Below are positions 59,352-64,000 of a stretch of 64,000 bases of DNA, piece after piece; position 1 is the stretch's first letter, and each line of letters starts with the position of its first letter. Made by a program: the position numbers and the translations under genes. A model generated the notes under the pieces. The model was not told where the DNA came from. It made no database searches and saw nothing but the letters and a program-made list of their open reading frames with translations. The DNA comes from an uncultured Alphaproteobacteria bacterium (GTDB taxonomy: Bacteria > Pseudomonadota > Alphaproteobacteria > Rhizobiales > Beijerinckiaceae): the NCBI GenBank assembly GCA_963823165.1, contig CAWGKV010000040.1:246877-310876 (forward strand), in the 5' to 3' direction.

Positions 59352-60347
59352 CTATTCAGGCAGGTTCAGAAGGCCGGCCTCGCCGGATTCGAGGCCGATC
59401 AGAAGACGGGCGCCGCTCCCGTTCCAGGCGAGCGCGCTGACCGGTCCGCCGCCCGGTGGGCGAACGAGGATTTCGGCGGCGTCGCCGAGCCGGCAGAGCA
59501 GCGCTAGCCCGTCGGCGTAGCCGATGGCGATGACCGGCGCGCGGGGGTGGAACGCGACCTTCGTCACCCGGGCCTCGCGCACCCCGCATTCGCGCGGCGC
59601 CTTGCCCATCGGCCCGTCCTTGTCCTTGAACGGCCAGACGACGGCCGCGTCCGCCCCCGAAGTCGCTAGCCAGGCCCCGTCGTGCGACCACGACATCGAC
59701 CGGGTTTTGCCCGGGTATCCCGTCATCCGCATGTCGCGGGCGTCGGCGAGCCGCCAGCCGTGCAACGCGTTTTCCTGCATCGAGGTGACGAGGAAGCGCC
59801 CGTCGGGCGAGAACGTCGCGTCGAGATGCGCGCCTTTCCATTCGAGCGTCTGCGGCGGCCCTTCGACATTGGGAAACCAGAGAGCCACCCCATTGTAGTG
59901 CGTCGCCGCGAGCCGATACCCTTTCGGCTGGAAGGCGAGGCCGCGCACGCTCGACGGCGCGCCCCAGGTCCGAACGGCGCCGGCTTCGTCGCGCGCGCTG
60001 ACCTGCTTTCCCGCGCTCCACGCAAAGGCGGCGCCGCGCATCGCGAGCGCGTCGATCCAGCGCCCCTTTTCGTTGGCGATCTCGCGACTCCCAGCGTCGG
60101 CGCCGATCGCGACCACACGCCCGTCGTCGCCGCCGGTGAGAAGAGCCTTGCCGTCGCAAACGGCGGCGAGGATCGCCGCATCCGGATGGGCCTCGATCCG
60201 CTTCTGTTCGTCCGGCTCGCCGATCAGCACGGCGCCGTCGGCGAGCGCGAGGGTCGGCGCCTCGTCGAGGAACGCGGCCGCCACGACATGCGCGCCCGCT
60301 TCGAACCGGCGCAGGCGCCCTGCGAGGGAGGCCCCGGCTTCGGTCAT
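59352..60347 (-). CDS. WD40-repeat beta-propeller protein
   Basis: LLTGGDDG, LVTSMQENALHGW, MTGYPGKTRSMSWS, WPF. Confidence 0.88.
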   Translation of the reverse strand: MTEAGASLAGRLRRFEAGAHVVAAAFLDEAPTLALADGAVLIGEPDEQKRIEAHPDAAILAAVCDGKALLTGGDDGRVVAIGADAGSREIANEKGRWIDALAMRGAAFAWSAGKQVSARDEAGAVRTWGAPSSVRGLAFQPKGYRLAATHYNGVALWFPNVEGPPQTLEWKGAHLDATFSPDGRFLVTSMQENALHGWRLADARDMRMTGYPGKTRSMSWSHDGAWLATSGADAAVVWPFKDKDGPMGKAPRECGVREARVTKVAFHPRAPVIAIGYADGLALLCRLGDAAEILVRPPGGGPVSALAWNGSGARLLIGLESGEAGLLNLPE

Positions 60348-60363
60348 CCGACTGGCCCCGCTC

Positions 60364-61395
60364 TCAGGCTGCGCAGGCCAGGAATCCGTGGCGGATGTCC
60401 TCCTCCTCGAGGTTGCGGCCGATGAACACGACTTTCGATTCCCGCTTCTCTTCCGGCTTCCACTCGCGCTGCGAGTCGCCGTCGAGCATCATGTGCACGC
60501 CCTGGAACACGAAGCGCTTCGGGTCGTCCTTCATCGCCACGATGCCCTTGCAGCGTAAAATGTTCGGCCCCTGCTCCTGCGTGACCCGGTTGATCCAGGG
60601 CATGAACTTGGCCGGATCGACGTCGCCGTCGAGCACCACCGACACCGACTGCATGTCCTCGTCGTGATAGTGCTTGAGGCCGTGATGTTCGTGGCTGTGA
60701 GCATGGCCGTGATCGTGATCGTGGTCATGCTCCTCGGCGACGAGGAAATCGGGCTCGATGTCGAGGATGCGGTCGAGGTCGAACGCCCGCCGCTCGAGCA
60801 CGTCGGCGATCGCGACGTCGCATTTCGTCGCCCTGTGGAGGGAGGCGTAGGGATTGATGGCGCGGATGCGCGCCTCGACCTCGCGCAGCTCGGCCGGCGT
60901 CACCAGATCGGTCTTGTTGATGATGATGACGTCGGCGAAGGCGATCTGGTTCTTCGCCTCGGGGGCGTCGCGCAGCCGCGCGGCCAGCCACTTGGCGTCG
61001 GCCACCGTCACCACCGCGTCGAGCCGCGCCGCCTTCTGCACGTCCTCGTCGACGAAGAAGGTCTGCGCCACCGGCGCCGGATCGGCGAGGCCGGTCGTCT
61101 CGACGATGATCGCGTCGAACCGCCCCTTCCGCTTCATCAGCCCCTCGATGATGCGGATGAGGTCGCCGCGCACGGTGCAGCAGATGCAGCCGTTGTTCAT
61201 CTCGAACACTTCCTCGTCGGCCCCGACGACGAGTTCGTTGTCGATGCCGATTTCGCCGAACTCGTTGACGACGACCGCGTAGCGCTTGCCGTGCGGCTCG
61301 CTGAGGATGCGGTTCAAGAGCGTGGTCTTGCCGGCGCCGAGGTAGCCGGTGAGGACCGTCACGGGAATTTTCTCGGGCTCGCGAACTTCCGTCAC
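60364..61395 (-). CDS. COG0523/CobW-family metal-binding GTPase
   Basis: [22 protein letters not shown] (CxCC), ETTGLADP, a His-rich insert and a CobW C-terminal domain. Confidence 0.95.
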   Translation of the reverse strand: MTEVREPEKIPVTVLTGYLGAGKTTLLNRILSEPHGKRYAVVVNEFGEIGIDNELVVGADEEVFEMNNGCICCTVRGDLIRIIEGLMKRKGRFDAIIVETTGLADPAPVAQTFFVDEDVQKAARLDAVVTVADAKWLAARLRDAPEAKNQIAFADVIIINKTDLVTPAELREVEARIRAINPYASLHRATKCDVAIADVLERRAFDLDRILDIEPDFLVAEEHDHDHDHGHAHSHEHHGLKHYHDEDMQSVSVVLDGDVDPAKFMPWINRVTQEQGPNILRCKGIVAMKDDPKRFVFQGVHMMLDGDSQREWKPEEKRESKVVFIGRNLEEEDIRHGFLACAA

Positions 61396-61470
61396 GCGCT
61401 TCGTCTCCTGAAACGATTGGGATCGGCTGTATATAGGGCCGGACGCACGGCTATGGCAGGGGCGCCGCCT

Positions 61471-61884
61471 TCACCAGCGGCGCCAGCCGCCGCCCCAGCC
61501 GAATCCGACATAAGGTCCGCCCCATCCGAAGGCAGGGCCGACCACGACCGGCGGCGCCGCGACGACGACCGGCGGCCCGCCGGCGAACACCGGCGGCGCA
61601 ACGGCCACGTCGCCGGGCGCCGGACCCGCCTCGGCGACGGCGAACGAAGGAATGAAGCCGGAGCGGTTGCGCCAGGAGGCGTGGCACCAGTCGCCGGCGC
61701 AGGTCTGCAGATCGATCTGCGCGTCCGCCGGAACGCTCTGAACGATACGCGAATGCGCGTTCGGCGCGCTGCGCATGTCGGACCAGGCCGTGGTGATCGC
61801 CGGGTCGGCGAAGGACGGCGCGGCGAGGCCGACGATCAGGCCGGCGGCGAGAAGCAATCGTCGCAAGATCAAGAATCTCTCCAC
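61471..61884 (-). CDS. Secreted SH3b-domain protein with a Pro/Gly/Trp-rich tail
   Basis: Signal peptide, MRSAP, WCHASWRNRSGFI. Confidence 0.8.
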   Translation of the reverse strand: MERFLILRRLLLAAGLIVGLAAPSFADPAITTAWSDMRSAPNAHSRIVQSVPADAQIDLQTCAGDWCHASWRNRSGFIPSFAVAEAGPAPGDVAVAPPVFAGGPPVVVAAPPVVVGPAFGWGGPYVGFGWGGGWRRW

Positions 61885-61941
61885 GAGTTGATGAGTCGGC
61901 CGGCAAAATACAGTCTCGCGAAATTTGCGTCCAGAGTCCGG

Positions 61942-62637
61942 TCAGCCGTCCGCGCGCCAGCGCCGGTAGCCTTCGGCGCGCAGCTGGCAGGCGGGGCACG
62001 CGCCGCAGCCGTAACCCCATTCGTGAAACCGCTGTCGCTCGCCGTGATAGCAGGAATGGGTCTCGCAGCGGACGATTTCGACCAGCGCCGAGCCGCCGAG
62101 CCGTTCTGCGAGGCGCCAGGTTTCCGCCTTGTCGATCCACATGAGCGGCGTCTCGACCACGAAGCGGCTCGCCATGCCGAGGTTCAGCGCGACCTGCATC
62201 GCCTTCATCGCATCGTCGCGGCAGTCCGGATAGCCGGAATAGTCCGTCTCGCAGACGCCGAGGACGAGCCGTCTCGAACCCCGCCGGTAGGCGGTCGCGG
62301 CGGCGAACGCAAGAAAGACGAGATTGCGCCCCGGGACAAAGGTGTTCGGCAGGCCGTTCGCCTCCAACCGGATGGCGACGTCGCGGGTGAGCGCCGTGTC
62401 GCTCATGCGTCCCAGCGCCTCGATCTCGACCATGTGGTCCTCGCCGAGCTTCTCCGCCCAGGCGGGGAAGGAGCGCCGCAGGCTCGCAAGCACGTTCGGC
62501 CGCACGTCGAGCTCGACCCGGTGCTTCTGTCCGTAGTGAAAGCCGATGGTCTCGACATGTCCGAAGCGGTCGAGCGCCCAGGCGAGGCTGACGCTCGAAT
62601 CCTGCCCGCCCGAGAAAAGGACGAGCGCTTTCTCCAT
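61942..62637 (-). CDS. queC: 7-cyano-7-deazaguanine synthase QueC
   Basis: [28 protein letters not shown], Zn ligands SCY...GCGACPAC. Confidence 0.96.
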   Translation of the reverse strand: MEKALVLFSGGQDSSVSLAWALDRFGHVETIGFHYGQKHRVELDVRPNVLASLRRSFPAWAEKLGEDHMVEIEALGRMSDTALTRDVAIRLEANGLPNTFVPGRNLVFLAFAAATAYRRGSRRLVLGVCETDYSGYPDCRDDAMKAMQVALNLGMASRFVVETPLMWIDKAETWRLAERLGGSALVEIVRCETHSCYHGERQRFHEWGYGCGACPACQLRAEGYRRWRADG

Positions 62638-63167
62638 CAGATCCTGGTCGCCCGCCACGTCGGCCCCCCGGGTCCGAACGCCTGCTCGATGCGGAACTGG
62701 TCGTCCGCCGTCATCCTGCCGAGGGGCAGCGCCTCGTCCGGCATCACCAGCGTCGCCTCGTCGCCCACGAACATGATCACGTGCCGGCGCTCTCCGATGA
62801 GCGTCCTCGCCATGCGCTTGAGGCCGTCGTAATAGGGCTGGCGCCGCCAGGCGGCGGGCGAACCGGGGTCGACCTGCCCGTATATGAAGCCGTTCGCCGG
62901 GAAGATCGAGAGCACGAAGCGCGCATGGTCCGGCCGCCATTCGTCCGGCATCCCCCCGTCGGTCATCCACAGGCAATTGAACAGCCGGCACTGATCAGGC
63001 AGAGCGTCATGGATCTTGCAGCCCTTGCCCGGGGAGCAATGCCTGCACCAGGCGCCCGGCGGCTTTGCGAGCTCCGGCAGCGCATAGACCTTGCAGCACA
63101 GGGTGCACGCGCCGCAGGCGCGGCCCGGCGCGGCCCCATAGGGCGTGACGGCCATGGTCGAGGACAT
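62637..63167 (-). CDS. Cys-cluster protein, YkgJ-like (CxxCxxCC); start 63167 or 63155
   Basis: [12 protein letters not shown]...WCRHC...GCKIH...[13 protein letters not shown] overlap with queC. Confidence 0.8.
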   Translation of the reverse strand: MSSTMAVTPYGAAPGRACGACTLCCKVYALPELAKPPGAWCRHCSPGKGCKIHDALPDQCRLFNCLWMTDGGMPDEWRPDHARFVLSIFPANGFIYGQVDPGSPAAWRRQPYYDGLKRMARTLIGERRHVIMFVGDEATLVMPDEALPLGRMTADDQFRIEQAFGPGGPTWRATRI

Positions 63168-63315
63168 GCGCGCTTTTTTCATCCTGTCGCGTTGCGCGGG
63201 GACCGCTATCCCGGCTGAGCCCCGCTGGCAAGGCGGCCCACCCCACCGCCTCGGGCGGAAGAGAAGGCCGAAAGCGCCTCGCCGCGGCTCCGCCTTTGTG
63301 CTAGGCGTCCCGGCC

Positions 63316-63888
63316 ATGAAATCCTTCGCCTTCTCAGCGCTGACCGTTTGCGGTCTGGACGAACTCGACGGCCACGCCGCCCGGGGCGTCACCCATGTTC
63401 TCTCGATTCTGGATCCCGATTGGCCCGACCCCGAGGCTTTCCAAAACTTCGATCCGCACTTCCGCGCCACCTTCCGCTTTCACGACGCGATCGAGCCGAG
63501 CCCGGGCGTCGTCTTGCCGGAGCGGGCCGACGTCGAGGCGATGCTGGCCTTCGGCCGCGATGCGGGCGACGTCAGCCACCTCCTGATCCACTGCCACGCC
63601 GGGATCTCGCGCTCGACCGCCGCGATGCTGATGATTTTGGCGCAGGCCCATCCGCACGAAACCGAGGTCGCCGTCGTTGACAAGCTGCTTGCGATCCGGC
63701 CGCAGGCGTGGCCGAATTCCCGCATGATCGCCTTCGCCGACGCGCTTCTCGGCCGCAACGGCCGCCTCACGGCCGCCCTCGGCCGCATCTACGCCCGCCG
63801 CCTCGTGGCCCAGCCCGAATACGCACAATTGATGCGCATGGGACGCCGCGGCAGAGAGGTGGAGCTGGGGCTCGGCGTCAAAGTTTGA
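63316..63888 (+). CDS. Protein-tyrosine/dual-specificity phosphatase-like protein
   Basis: HVLSILDP, FHD, P-loop HCHAGISRS (CX5R), PNSRMI. Confidence 0.88.
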   Translation: MKSFAFSALTVCGLDELDGHAARGVTHVLSILDPDWPDPEAFQNFDPHFRATFRFHDAIEPSPGVVLPERADVEAMLAFGRDAGDVSHLLIHCHAGISRSTAAMLMILAQAHPHETEVAVVDKLLAIRPQAWPNSRMIAFADALLGRNGRLTAALGRIYARRLVAQPEYAQLMRMGRRGREVELGLGVKV

Positions 63889-64000
63889 GAGCGCCCGCGC
63901 CGCGGCGCGGTTCTCCTTCGTCGGCGCTTCGGGCCGAGGCAGTCACCGACCGCGGCTACGGCGCCCTACGCCTCGTACCAAAGAATGCCCTTCGAGCCGG

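Noticed and set aside
61942-62637. queC as part of a QatABCD or Dpd defence/modification system
   Set aside because: It is a canonical-length housekeeping QueC with no ATPase, TatD or dpd genes nearby.

Overview
High-GC alphaproteobacterial chromosome, probably Hyphomicrobiales. That assignment is inferred from the rhizobial-type flagellar gene order, GTTC-N7-GTTC LexA boxes and TTAA-N7-TTAA CtrA boxes. Most of the window is housekeeping or metabolic: four SDRs in the first 7.6 kb plus a fifth at 22.9 kb, MaoC, a class III cyclase, an acyl-CoA ligase, a haloacid dehalogenase, kup, a partial flagellar block (motA-fliM-fliN-fliG-flhB divergent from flgF-fliI), two sugar/polyol ABC systems, CobW plus WD40, and queC. 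No rRNA, complete tRNA or CRISPR array was found. The main leads are four. (1) A 3.24-kb IS1595-family passenger element (9434-12675, 22-bp TIRs, flanking direct repeats) with a broken transposase; it carries a translationally coupled unknown-protein plus PIN-nuclease pair, a small basic ORF and a convergent membrane-protein gene. (2) Two distant loci share an architecture of LexA-boxed promoter, short ORF, then a ~225-bp repeat that is ~85% identical between them. (3) A low-GC orphan gene pair sits under two CtrA boxes. (4) A Kup homologue has substitutions at conserved K+-site motifs. At least five ordinary genes have single frameshifts, so the consensus probably contains indel errors and pseudogene calls are provisional. 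Start codons were chosen by eye. No database searches were run.
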